From assembly GCA_036375075.1 (NCBI GenBank), contig DASUSN010000158.1, forward strand, positions 70,791-134,790: a stretch of DNA of 64,000 bases. The letters run 5' to 3'. The DNA comes from Thermoanaerobaculia bacterium (lineage in GTDB: Bacteria; Acidobacteriota; Thermoanaerobaculia; Gp7-AA8). Numbering within the stretch: the first letter of the stretch is position 1; each line of letters starts with the position of its first letter. The notes under the pieces are model-generated. The model was not told where the DNA came from. It worked only from the letters and a program-made list of their open reading frames with translations, and searched no databases. Shown piece after piece: positions 43,505 through 52,399 of the stretch. A program made the position numbers and the translations under genes.

Positions 43505-44875
43505 TCACGTCGGGCGGGCGTGCTCCGCCTCTTTCCAGATCTCCGTGCGGTGGCTCTCGTTCAGGAAGAACGTTCCCACGAAGAACGTCATCAGCGCCAC
43601 GCCGATCACCCAGTACAGCCCCGCGAACTTGTTCCCCGTCTCCTGCACCAGCAGCCCCGCGATCAGCGGCAGCGTCCCGCCGAACCAGCCGTTGCCGAGG
43701 TGGTAGGGGAGGGAGAACGACGTATAGCGGATGCGCGCCGGGAACGCCTCGATCAGGAACGCCGCGATCGGTCCGTACACCATCGTCACGTACAGCACCT
43801 GCACGAACACCAGCAGCGTGAGCATGACCATGTTCGGGTTCTTCGGGTCCGCGCCGTAATGCGTCATGGCCTTGTAGATCGGCAGGTACGTCAGCGCCGC
43901 GATGAGGTTCCCGGCCATCATGATCTTCAGCCGCCCGATCTTGTCCGACAGCGCGCCGAACACCGTGAAGAACGGGATGCCCAGGAGCAGCGCCACCGCC
44001 ACGATGACGCTCGACTGCACGATGTCCAGCTTCATCACGCTCTGCAGGAACGACAGCGCGTAGAACTGCCCCGTGTACCAGACGATCCCCTGGCCCGCCG
44101 TGGCCCCGAACAGCACCAGCAGCACGATCTTCAGGTTCGGCCAGCTCCCGAAGCTCTCCTTGAGAGGCGCCAGCGACGTCTTGCCCTGGCTCTTCAGCGC
44201 CGCGAACAGCGGCGACTCCGACATCCGCAGGCGGATGTACAGCGACATCGCCACCAGCACGATCGACAGCAGGAACGGCACCCGCCAGCCCCACGCCTTG
44301 AAGTCCTCCGCCGACATCATGTTCTTCACGCCCAGGACCACGCCCAGGGAGACGAACAGCCCGAGCGTGGCCGTGATCTGGATGAAGCTCGTGTAGAACC
44401 CGCGCTTGTCGTCCGGCACGTGCTCGGCCACGTACACCGCCGCGCCGCCGTATTCGCCGCCGAGGGCCAGCCCCTGCAGCAGGCGCAGGACCAGCAGGAT
44501 CGACGGCGCCAGCGCGCCGATCGACGCGTACGTCGGCAGCAGCCCGATGAGGAACGTCGAGAAGCCCATGATCGTGAGCGTCACCAGGAACGCGTACTTG
44601 CGCCCCACCAGATCGCCCACGCGTCCGAACACGATCGCGCCGAACGGCCGCACGACGAAGCCCGTCGCGAACAGCGCCCAGGTCTGGATCAGCGCCCAGG
44701 TCGGGTTCCCCGCCGGGAACATCAGCTCCGACATGATCACCGCCAGGCTGCCGAAGATGTAGAAGTCGTACCACTCGATCATCGTGCCCAGGCCCGAGGC
44801 GAAGATGATCCTGCGGACCGGGTAGTCCCTCGTCGTTGTGACGTCGTTCATAGGTGGCGGGATGATACCCTGCAC
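43505..44875 (-). CDS. MFS transporter, metabolite:H+ symporter (MHS) family
   Basis: GTMIEWYDFYIFGSLA and RPFGAIVFGRVGDLVGRKY are MHS-family signatures. The start may be ATG 44851 (MNDVTTT...) instead of 44875. Confidence 0.85.
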   Translation of the reverse strand: MQGIIPPPMNDVTTTRDYPVRRIIFASGLGTMIEWYDFYIFGSLAVIMSELMFPAGNPTWALIQTWALFATGFVVRPFGAIVFGRVGDLVGRKYAFLVTLTIMGFSTFLIGLLPTYASIGALAPSILLVLRLLQGLALGGEYGGAAVYVAEHVPDDKRGFYTSFIQITATLGLFVSLGVVLGVKNMMSAEDFKAWGWRVPFLLSIVLVAMSLYIRLRMSESPLFAALKSQGKTSLAPLKESFGSWPNLKIVLLVLFGATAGQGIVWYTGQFYALSFLQSVMKLDIVQSSVIVAVALLLGIPFFTVFGALSDKIGRLKIMMAGNLIAALTYLPIYKAMTHYGADPKNPNMVMLTLLVFVQVLYVTMVYGPIAAFLIEAFPARIRYTSFSLPYHLGNGWFGGTLPLIAGLLVQETGNKFAGLYWVIGVALMTFFVGTFFLNESHRTEIWKEAEHARPT

Positions 44876-44886
44876 GCAGCAAGCGC

Positions 44887-46698
44887 ATGGGTCTGCTCCA
44901 GATCGTGATCGCCGTCTCGATCGTCGCTGTCGCCGCGTCGATCGTCTACCGTCAGCTCGTCGCTGCCCGCGCGGCCCGGATCCACAACGAGAACGGGCGC
45001 TTCGCGCGCGACATCCTCGACAACGCCGGCGAGGGCATCGTGGTCTACGACCGCGAGCTGCGGTACGTGCTGTGGAACGCGTTCATGGTCGAGATGACCG
45101 GCCTCGCGCCCGCGGACGTCCTCGGCAAGCGGGTCACGGACGTGTTCCCGAACCTGGCCGAACAAAGGGTGGACGAGATGCTCGCCCGCGCCCTCGGCGG
45201 CGAGACCGTGTCGTCTCCGGACGTGCACTACTACGTGCCCTCGACCCAGCGCCAGGGATGGGTGTCGTCGGTCTATCGTCCCTACATCGGCGACGACGGC
45301 GAGACCCTCGGCGTCATCGCCTTGATCCGCGACATCACCGAACGAAAAGCGGCCGAGCAGCAGATCGAGTATCAGGCCTATCACGACGCCGTGACCGGCC
45401 TCGCCAACCGCCATCTCTTCCAGGAGCATCTGTCGCTCGCGGTGGCGCTGGCGCAGCGGCGGCACAAGCAGGTGGCGGTGCTGTTCCTCGACCTCGATCA
45501 CTTCAAGGTCATCAACGACTCCCTCGGCCACAGCGTCGGCGACGGGCTGCTGCGGGAGGTGGCGCGGCGGCTGAAGGAGGCCGTGCGCGACGGCGACACC
45601 GTGGCGCGCGTCGGCGGCGACGAGTTCACCATCGTGCTGCAGGACGTCTCCCATCCGCGCGAGGCGGCCGCGGTCGCACAGAAGGTGCTGCGCACCGTGG
45701 CCGAGCCGATGGCCATCCACGGACACCGGCTGTTCGTCACCACGAGCATCGGCATCACCGTCTTCCCCGACGACGGCACGGACGCGGAGACGCTGCTCAA
45801 GAACGCGGATACGGCCATGTACCGCGCGAAGGCCGAGGGGCGGAACACGTTCCAGATGTCGACGCGGGAGCTGAACCGGTCGACGCAGGAGCGGATGACG
45901 GTCGAGAACGGGCTGCACGTCGCGCTGGAAGCCGGCGAGTTCGCGCTCCTGTACCAGCCGCAGATCGACGTCGAGACCATGTCCATCGTGGGCATGGAGG
46001 CGCTGCTGCGGTGGCGGCATCCCGAGCGCGGCGTGATCCTGCCCGAGGACTTCATCGGCATCGCGGAGGAGCGGGGGCTGATCCTCAAGATCGGCGAATG
46101 GGTGCTGCGCCAGGCCTGCCGCGACGCGCGGCGCTTCCACGACCGCGGCCTGAAGAACTTCCGCGTGGCGGTGAACCTCTCCGCCCGCCAGTTCCGCGAC
46201 CGCTCCCTCGGCGCCGCCGTGCAGTCGGCGTTGCAGGAGTCGGGCATCCCGGCCGAGTCGCTCGAGCTGGAGATCACCGAGAGCGTGGCCATGGAGAACG
46301 TGGTGCTGACCATGTCGACGCTGGAAGAGTTCCGGCGCGCCGGCGTGACCATCGCCATCGACGACTTCGGCACCGGCCACTCGTCGCTCAGCTACCTGAA
46401 ACGCTTCCCCCTCGACGCGCTCAAGATCGACCGCGCGTTCGTGAGCGACCTCCCGGACAAGTTCGAAGACGCCGCGATCGTGAGCTCCGTGATCCAGCTC
46501 GCGAACGGGCTGGGGCTGCGCGTGGTCGCCGAAGGCGTGGAGACGGCGGAGCAGCTCGAGTTCCTCAAGGACGCCGGCTGCCGCGAGGTCCAGGGGTACT
46601 ACTTCAGCCACCCCGTGACCATCGACGCGGTCGCGTCGCTGGTGTTGATGCCGCCACGCACGGCCGAGGGCAGCGTAGCCGCCCAACGGCCCGCATAA
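44887..46698 (+). CDS. membrane-anchored PAS-GGDEF-EAL signalling protein (c-di-GMP turnover)
   Basis: N-terminal TM helix, PAS (ILDNAGEGIVVYD...), GGDEF (RVGGDEFTIVL), EAL (MEALLRW...DDFGTGHSSLSYL...EGVET). Confidence 0.9.
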   Translation: MGLLQIVIAVSIVAVAASIVYRQLVAARAARIHNENGRFARDILDNAGEGIVVYDRELRYVLWNAFMVEMTGLAPADVLGKRVTDVFPNLAEQRVDEMLARALGGETVSSPDVHYYVPSTQRQGWVSSVYRPYIGDDGETLGVIALIRDITERKAAEQQIEYQAYHDAVTGLANRHLFQEHLSLAVALAQRRHKQVAVLFLDLDHFKVINDSLGHSVGDGLLREVARRLKEAVRDGDTVARVGGDEFTIVLQDVSHPREAAAVAQKVLRTVAEPMAIHGHRLFVTTSIGITVFPDDGTDAETLLKNADTAMYRAKAEGRNTFQMSTRELNRSTQERMTVENGLHVALEAGEFALLYQPQIDVETMSIVGMEALLRWRHPERGVILPEDFIGIAEERGLILKIGEWVLRQACRDARRFHDRGLKNFRVAVNLSARQFRDRSLGAAVQSALQESGIPAESLELEITESVAMENVVLTMSTLEEFRRAGVTIAIDDFGTGHSSLSYLKRFPLDALKIDRAFVSDLPDKFEDAAIVSSVIQLANGLGLRVVAEGVETAEQLEFLKDAGCREVQGYYFSHPVTIDAVASLVLMPPRTAEGSVAAQRPA

Positions 46699-46703
46699 GC
46701 CTC

Positions 46704-46728
46704 CTCCGTCCCACAGAGTGGGACGGAG
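46704..46728. terminator. short shared hairpin between convergent genes (mini version of the family C outer stem)
   Basis: ctccgtccca-cagag-tgggacggag: 10-bp perfect stem between stops at 46698 and 46733. No U-tract. Confidence 0.5.
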
Positions 46729-46732
46729 AAAG

Positions 46733-47995
46733 CTACGCGCGCAGCACTTCCCGCGCCGCACGCTGCCCGCTCTCGATCGCTCCCGCCACCGTCCCCGTCT
46801 GATCGCTGCTCGTGGCCTCCCCGGCGAAGAACAGCGTCTTCCGCACCGGCTTCGCCAGCGCGTCGTGCGCGTTCGCCCCGCCGACTGCCGCGTACGAATA
46901 CGCGCACCGGCTGAACGGGTCGGCCTGCCAGTCGTGTGTGAACGTCCCCGCGAGCAGCTCGTCGATCCGCCGCCGTGGAACGTCCCACGCCTTCGCCATC
47001 GCCTGCAGCCCGCGGTCGATCATCGCGTCCGTTCCCTCGGTCAGCATCGCATCGGCCGCGTGCCCCCCGGCCCACCCCGTGAGCACCGGCGCGCGGAACG
47101 GCGCGGACGTCCACCACGTCGGCATGTGCCGGTCGGACGTGTGCAGGAAGTTGACGTCGTCCCAGAAACGCTCGCGGAAGCGGAAGGCGATCTTCACCAC
47201 GTGCCCCGATTCCAGCTTCTCGATCGCCCGCTCCTTCTCCGGCAGCGGCGGATCGAACGCCAGAGCGCCCGCCTTCCACACGCCGATCGGGATCGTCACG
47301 ATCAGCTTCGCCGCGCGGACGCGATGCGCGCCGCAATGCACCGTGACCGCGCCGTCCGACCACTGCACCCGCTCCGCGACCGTGCCGAGGAGGAGCTCCG
47401 TGCGCTGCGGATCGAGCCCGGCGCGCAGCCACTCGATCAGCGCGTCCTGCCCGTTCGCGATGCGGAACTGCTTGTTGTCCCCCTCCTGCTCCCCGTCCGC
47501 AGCGCGGAGAACGCTCGTGCTGATCCGGTCCGCGTGCGACGCGTGATAGCCCTCCACGAAATTGCACGCCAGTTGGCGCTCGCGCGGCGTGAGGTCGCGG
47601 CGCCGGCGCAGGAACTCGTCGAACGAGATGTCGCGCTTCAGCGCGCCGATCTTCCCGCGGATCCCGGCGATCAGTCCCCAGAAATCCTCGATGCGCTCGC
47701 GCCTGCCGTTCTCCGACCACCAGTGATCGTCCGGCAACTGCGCGGCGACCAGCGCCGCCGCGTCCACGATGTCGAACGTCGTGCCCACCTCGCCGTGTAC
47801 GAACTCCGCGCCCAGCTCGATGGGGAGCGGCAGATCGGGGAAGTGCAGCGTGTGAATGCGTCCGCCGACGCGAGGCCGCGCTTCGACGAGACAGACCCGC
47901 TGGCCCGCTCCCGTGAGCGCGCGCGCCGCGGACAGTCCTGCCGCGCCGGCGCCGATGATGACGACGTCGTACTTCTTCACACCGGGCTTCTTCAC
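46733..47995 (-). CDS. flavin-containing amine oxidase family protein
   Basis: YDVVIIGAGAAGLSAARAL...VEARPRVGGRI dinucleotide-binding motif; C-terminal LFFAGEATS. Confidence 0.85.
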   Translation of the reverse strand: MKKPGVKKYDVVIIGAGAAGLSAARALTGAGQRVCLVEARPRVGGRIHTLHFPDLPLPIELGAEFVHGEVGTTFDIVDAAALVAAQLPDDHWWSENGRRERIEDFWGLIAGIRGKIGALKRDISFDEFLRRRRDLTPRERQLACNFVEGYHASHADRISTSVLRAADGEQEGDNKQFRIANGQDALIEWLRAGLDPQRTELLLGTVAERVQWSDGAVTVHCGAHRVRAAKLIVTIPIGVWKAGALAFDPPLPEKERAIEKLESGHVVKIAFRFRERFWDDVNFLHTSDRHMPTWWTSAPFRAPVLTGWAGGHAADAMLTEGTDAMIDRGLQAMAKAWDVPRRRIDELLAGTFTHDWQADPFSRCAYSYAAVGGANAHDALAKPVRKTLFFAGEATSSDQTGTVAGAIESGQRAAREVLRA

Positions 47996-48028
47996 GCGAG
48001 GCGCTGGTGCGGACTACATGCCGTGGCG

Positions 48029-48262
48029 CTACGAGTCGCCGACGATGTCCCGCCACGGGAGACGGCGGACGAGCTGGACTTTCTCGTCGATGTCCCCCTG
48101 CGTGGCTTTATCGCCGAGGACGCGGCGGAGGTAATCGACCTCCGAGGAGACCAGCCTGTTGTGCTTGGGAAGCAGGCGAGTCGCCGCGTTCTGCAGGTTG
48201 CGCTCCGAGACGGTGATGAGCTTCGGCGTTCTCTTGATTTGAGCGTCCATACGAATCGGCAA
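48029..48262 (-). CDS. hypothetical small protein (73-77 aa)
   Basis: ORF in a locally lower-GC stretch with no recognisable motif. TTG 48262 or ATG 48250 as start. Confidence 0.35.
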   Translation of the reverse strand: MPIRMDAQIKRTPKLITVSERNLQNAATRLLPKHNRLVSSEVDYLRRVLGDKATQGDIDEKVQLVRRLPWRDIVGDS

Positions 48263-48297
48263 CGAAGAATCGTGCCGAAATCATCCTAGCGCTCAGC

Positions 48298-48462
48298 TCA
48301 CCGTTTTCGTGTGTTGGCCGTCACCCGTGTCGGTAACGAGCTGCGGAAAGCGAGCTTATCCTGCACGAACGTCTGCCGCGCCGGGACACAACCGCAGAGA
48401 GCGCAGCGCATCCCGTCGACGTGCGCCGCTTTGGAGTGACCGCAATGGGAACAGGGTTTCAT
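48298..48462 (-). CDS. hypothetical zinc-ribbon-like small protein (54 aa), below ORF-track size cutoff
   Basis: Hand translation MKPCSHCGHSKAAHVDGMRCALCGCVPARQTFVQDKLAFRSSLPTRVTANTRKR. CxxC...CxxC pattern. GGAGG 7 nt upstream of ATG 48462 (alternative ATG 48474). Confidence 0.4.
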   Translation of the reverse strand: MKPCSHCGHSKAAHVDGMRCALCGCVPARQTFVQDKLAFRSSLPTRVTANTRKR

Positions 48463-48614
48463 TCGGGCCTCCATGTAGTTATTCAGATCAAGATCGATGC
48501 CGCTTTGAAGAGGTTAAAGCGGTTCGCACCCGGCCCGGCGTTTGGCTATTTCGGGTAGATTTTCCGGCCGTCTTCGCGCGCATTTCCCCCGATCCGTCTG
48601 CCCCGCGTAGAGGT

Positions 48615-48724
48615 CCTCCGTCCCCCTCTGTGCCTCTGTGTCTCTGTGGTGAATACCCACATGCCTCCTGCGAGGCGCGTTCGTATTCACCACAGAGACA
48701 CAGAGACACAGAGGGGGACGGAGG
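48615..48724. repeat. word-repeat palindrome, family C, copy 3
   Basis: Collinear with 29591-29700. The arms are identical except for one paired change (a->c in the left arm, t->g in the right arm). The other four differences fall in the loop. Confidence 0.95.
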
Positions 48725-48759
48725 GAGGCATATGGAGTCGGCGCGGTACCATCCCGTCC

Positions 48760-49404
48760 ATGAGCGAATTCACGGATGCCATCAAGGCCGGCGACGCCGC
48801 GCGCGTGGCCGCGCTCCTCGACGCCGATGCCTCTCTCCTGACCGCACACGAGAACAACACCACCCCGCTCCTCCTGGCGATCTACCACGGCAAATCCGTC
48901 ATCGCCCGCCTCCTCCTCGACCGCGGCGCCCCCGTCTCCTTCCCCGAAGCCTGCGCCCTCGGCGACGAAGCCCGCGTGCAGGAGCTCCTCGCCGCCGACC
49001 CCTCCGCGCTCAACATGCGCACCGCCGACGGCTTCCCACCCATGCCCATGGCCATCTTCTTCGGCCACGGCGCCCTCGCCCGCTGGCTCATCGACCGAGG
49101 CGCCGACGTCAACGCCCCCGCCGCCAACCCCCAGCGCGTCGCTCCGGTCCACGCCGCCGCCGCCACCTGCGACCGCGAGACCATGCGCATACTCCTCGAG
49201 CGCGGCGCCGACCCCAACGCCCGCCAGCAGATGGACTACACCCCCCTCCACGGCGCCGCCAGCCGCGGCGACATCGAGATGGCCCAACTCCTCCTCACCC
49301 ACGGCGCCGACCGCGAGGCCAGGGCGAGCGACGGAATGACCGCAGGGGACGTGGCGCGCAAGTACGGGAAGGTGGAGTTCGCGGAGTGGTTCGAAGGAAC
49401 CTAG
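48760..49404 (+). CDS. ankyrin repeat protein
   Basis: TPLLLAIYHGKSVIARLLLDRGA, VAPVHAAAATCDRETMRILLERGADPNA, YTPLHGAASRGDIEMAQLLLTHGADREA. ATG 48760; the track ORF starts inside the palindrome. Confidence 0.8.
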   Translation: MSEFTDAIKAGDAARVAALLDADASLLTAHENNTTPLLLAIYHGKSVIARLLLDRGAPVSFPEACALGDEARVQELLAADPSALNMRTADGFPPMPMAIFFGHGALARWLIDRGADVNAPAANPQRVAPVHAAAATCDRETMRILLERGADPNARQQMDYTPLHGAASRGDIEMAQLLLTHGADREARASDGMTAGDVARKYGKVEFAEWFEGT

Positions 49405-49425
49405 CCCGTATTTGTCACGCGCTCC

Positions 49426-49474
49426 TGTCATCCCGAGCGTCGAGCGAGGGACCTGGGCGGGTGGGGTGGCAGGC
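49426..49474. repeat. family F palindrome, left arm only (truncated copy)
   Basis: tgtcatcccgagcgtcgagcgagggacctgggcgg matches 17456-17490. I found no matching right arm (gtccctcgctcgacgctcgggatgaca) downstream. Confidence 0.8.
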
Positions 49475-49476
49475 AC

Positions 49477-49762
49477 GGAGGCCAACACTGAGGGAGGCGA
49501 CCCTCAAATTTGCCCGGTGGGGAGGTCAACACTGATGGAGGCGACCCTCAAATTTGCCCGGCCGGAGGCCAACACTGAGGGAGGCGACCCTCAAATTTGG
49601 CCGGCGGGAGGTCAACACTGAGGGAGGTGACCCTCAAATTTGGCCGGCGGGAGGTCAACACTGAGGGAGGTGACCCTCAAATTTGGCCGGCGGGAGGTCA
49701 ACACTGAGGGAGGCGACCCTCAAATTTGGCCGGCGGGATGGTCAACACTGATGAAGGCGACC
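49477..49762. repeat. 43-bp tandem repeat array, about 6.6 copies, non-coding
   Basis: Units start at 49477, 49521, 49564, 49607, 49650, 49693 and 49736 (last partial). Consensus ggaggtcaacactgagggaggcgaccctcaaatttggccggcg, each with the internal inverted repeat tgaggg/ccctca. There are no unique spacers. Confidence 0.95.
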
Positions 49763-49764
49763 GT

Positions 49765-49815
49765 TACCGCGGCGACATCGAGATGGATCAACTCCTCCTC
49801 GCCCACGGCGCCTGA
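49765..49815 (+). pseudogene. orphan fragment of an ankyrin-repeat gene
   Basis: taccgcggcgacatcgagatggatcaactcctcctcgcccacggcgcctga matches 49261-49311 of the upstream ankyrin gene (agccgcggcgacatcgagatggcccaactcctcctcacccacggcgccgac) with a few mismatches. No start codon or further gene body. Confidence 0.6.
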
Positions 49816-49821
49816 GCACAG

Positions 49822-50099
49822 CCCTTGGAGTGCGGAGGCAATCACCTCCGCTTTGATCTTCGGTTGCCTCAGCGCGTCAGGCAAGCGAATACGAAAGCGG
49901 AGGCGATTACAGGGCGTCTCAAAACCCATCGGACCGCCGGCGTCCCGCCGGCGCGTCCTCGGGAGGACGGAGCCTCTCGCCACGTGGCACGCTCCACCTC
50001 CCACCCGGGGCGGCGAGACGCCGCCCCGGCAGCCGGCGGAACGCCGGCGGTCCCAGGGGGTTTTGGGACGGCCTCCGATTGCCTCGGCACTTCAAAGGG
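49822..50099. repeat. large nested imperfect palindrome sharing outer words with family F
   Basis: Outer arms cccttggagtgcggaggcaatc / gattgcctcggcacttcaaaggg. Inner arms gcgtctcaaaaccc...ccgccggcg / cgccggcgg...gggttttgggacg. ttggagtgcggaggc also begins the 17401 element. Confidence 0.7.
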
Positions 50100-50114
50100 T
50101 CGAACGCGTTCGGC

Positions 50115-51755
50115 CTAGCGGACTTCGACCCAGTCAGCTTTCCGGCTGAGGATCTTTCCCCTGAAATCGAAGAGCGTCATCCCGTTCTTCGTCGACACGG
50201 CGAGGTCGCGCCATCGCGTGTCACGGTCGAGGATGCGCAGCTCGTGGATCGTGTCGGCGGGAGACCGCAACAACTGGCACCAGCGCGGCGAGAGCTTTTT
50301 CGCGTCGATGCCGCAGACGCGATCGCTCCCCGTGACGGCGATGATCGCGTTGTGCATGTTGGTGGGACGCAGAACGGCCACGTTGAAGAGGCGGGCGGCG
50401 TAATCGTCGCTGGACCGCACGTTGCCTGCGCTGTCGACCACCGTTACCCGCGAACGATGCTTGCCGTTCCACAAAGCCACGATCTGAGTCGTGTGTTTGC
50501 GGAAGAGGTCTCCGGTTGCGAACGAAGCCAGGGACATGCCGTCCCCGGGGTGCGCCCACAGCTCTTTACCGTCGCGGTCATAGGCACGGAGTGTGTCGCC
50601 GGTGCCGACGACGACTTCGTAGAACGCATCCGCGTCGAGGTCGGCCGGTACGGCGTGCACGACGGGTTGAGCGAAGGTCTTGCGCCAGAGCGGATTCGTG
50701 TCGAGATCGTAGGCGGAGACCGTCGCGCCGTCCACCACGACGCGGATGGGGAACTTCTCGCTGCGCCAGCATTGCGCGAGGGGCATATTGCGCGCGCTGC
50801 CTTCCATGCTGACCTGCGTCGCGGGCGAACCGCCGGGCTTGTTGCTGGCCTCGATCCAGCGGCGCACTTCGCGCTCGACGTAGGTGTGCAGCGTCTCGGC
50901 AATGACCTGGCCTCGCGGCGCGGAAGCTTTGCAGTCCAGACCGTCCAGCACCGCTCCGGTGAAGACACCGTTCTGGCGGTCCTCGTCGTCGTATGCGACC
51001 TGGTCGGCGGCGGCGGCGTAGAAGATCACCTGTCCTTGCACGCGGGCCATCTTCTCGATCAGCGGCGCGGCGATCGTGCGATCGCGCCCTACGCTGCGTG
51101 AGCTGTTGCGGCGGTCCCGGCAGGCGTCGATGAAGACGAGCGAGCGGGTCGCCGTTCCCGCCGTGTCGAGCAGCGTGGCCAGACGAAGAGAGGTCTCGGG
51201 CGAGCCGATATCGGAAGTGGAGCCGAGGATGTAGGCGTCGCCGCGGTCGTCGAGGAAGCCGTGGGTGGCGAGGGAAAAGACGACCAGCCCGTTGGCGCCG
51301 GCTCTCGCCGTCTGTCGCTTCAGCAGCTCGAGAATGTCGCCCGCGGTCGCGTGCTCGACCTCGGCGCCTTCCTCTCGCAGTTCCTTCAGCCTCTGTTTCG
51401 ATTCTTCCTTCCGAGGCTCGCCGGAGAGCGCGAGGATGACCCGCCCCGGAGGAACAAGGCTGGAGCGCTGATCGAGGGAGAACTTGTGCGCGAGGTCGAC
51501 CGCGTCATCCGCCGCGAACGGCACATTGAGGTTCTCGTCGTGAGGAAACCTGTGCACGCCGACGAACAGCCCGGTTGACGCCGGTCGCCACGGTTCCACG
51601 AGTACCGTCTCGCGGCTCTTCGCTCGCTGCACCGATCTCCCCTCGGATCGCTCCTCCGGCCGGGTGAGGACCAGGACCGCGGTGGTGATGGAGATCGCGA
51701 GCAGAACGATGGCGAGAAGCAGTGACAGCCACGTCTTCATGACGTTCAAAGACAC
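50115..51755 (-). CDS. membrane-anchored caspase-like (peptidase C14-like) protease with C-terminal beta-propeller-like domain (P1)
   Basis: N-terminal TM WLSLLLAIVLLAISITTAVLVL. His/Cys dyad contexts VVFSLATHGF and LVFIDACRDR. C-terminal about 200 aa with repeats of the ...YDxDGKxLW... type. GTG 51755 or ATG 51740 as start. Confidence 0.7.
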   Translation of the reverse strand: MSLNVMKTWLSLLLAIVLLAISITTAVLVLTRPEERSEGRSVQRAKSRETVLVEPWRPASTGLFVGVHRFPHDENLNVPFAADDAVDLAHKFSLDQRSSLVPPGRVILALSGEPRKEESKQRLKELREEGAEVEHATAGDILELLKRQTARAGANGLVVFSLATHGFLDDRGDAYILGSTSDIGSPETSLRLATLLDTAGTATRSLVFIDACRDRRNSSRSVGRDRTIAAPLIEKMARVQGQVIFYAAAADQVAYDDEDRQNGVFTGAVLDGLDCKASAPRGQVIAETLHTYVEREVRRWIEASNKPGGSPATQVSMEGSARNMPLAQCWRSEKFPIRVVVDGATVSAYDLDTNPLWRKTFAQPVVHAVPADLDADAFYEVVVGTGDTLRAYDRDGKELWAHPGDGMSLASFATGDLFRKHTTQIVALWNGKHRSRVTVVDSAGNVRSSDDYAARLFNVAVLRPTNMHNAIIAVTGSDRVCGIDAKKLSPRWCQLLRSPADTIHELRILDRDTRWRDLAVSTKNGMTLFDFRGKILSRKADWVEVR

Positions 51756-51790
51756 CGTTCGCGTGGAAAGTGTGGCGCGTACTTGACGAA

Positions 51791-52399
51791 CTACCGCCGT
51801 GGTGTAACGCGGAACGCGTACCGATCGACCACGCCGTCATCGCCGCGCACGATCAGCGTGTACGTTCCCACGTCGAGGAACTCCCCGGGGATCGTCACGA
51901 TGAAGGTGTCGTCGATCGGATGAACTCCGCCCGCGCTCCACAACCGCTTCGTGCCGCGCGCGATCTCGATCTCGTGCTCGCCATCCGGCGGTTGCGAGGG
52001 GACTACGGTGATGACGTACTCCCGCTCTCCCGCGGGCAGCTCTCGAGTCACGCCCGTTCCCCGCGTCAACAAGGGACTGAATTCATGATGCGACGAAGCC
52101 ACAGCCGGCTCGCGATCCGGGCGATTCACGAGGAGCAACGCCAGGACCACCGTCGCGGCCACGGCGTACGCACGCAGCGCGAGCGGTTTGTGTTGCGGCT
52201 TCTCGACGCGCTCGTCGAGGAGCGGCGTGAGCTCGGGGGAGTAGACGAGCAGCGCGCGGACCCGCTCGGCCGCGGCGCCGGACAGCTCGCCATCGAGATA
52301 CGCCATCACTTCCTCGGGAGAAGGCGGGCCGCCGAGGCGCTCGCGTTCCTCTTCGGCCCACGCGTTCAGCGCGTCGTCCCAGTCATTTTTCGTGATCAT
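51791..52399 (-). CDS. single-pass anti-sigma factor-like protein (no zinc motif), paralogue of 61260-62045
   Basis: N-terminus ...PPSPEEVMAYLDGELSGAAAERVRALL (anti-sigma-like but lacks HxxxCxxC). TM helix AYAVAATVVLALLLV and a beta-rich C-terminal domain. GGAGA 6 nt upstream; overlaps the sigma gene by 17 nt. Confidence 0.65.
   Translation of the reverse strand: MITKNDWDDALNAWAEEERERLGGPPSPEEVMAYLDGELSGAAAERVRALLVYSPELTPLLDERVEKPQHKPLALRAYAVAATVVLALLLVNRPDREPAVASSHHEFSPLLTRGTGVTRELPAGEREYVITVVPSQPPDGEHEIEIARGTKRLWSAGGVHPIDDTFIVTIPGEFLDVGTYTLIVRGDDGVVDRYAFRVTPRR

Noticed and set aside
49477-49762. Whether the 43-bp array is a CRISPR locus
   Set aside because: The whole 43-bp unit is repeated head to tail with no unique spacers, and no cas genes are in the window.
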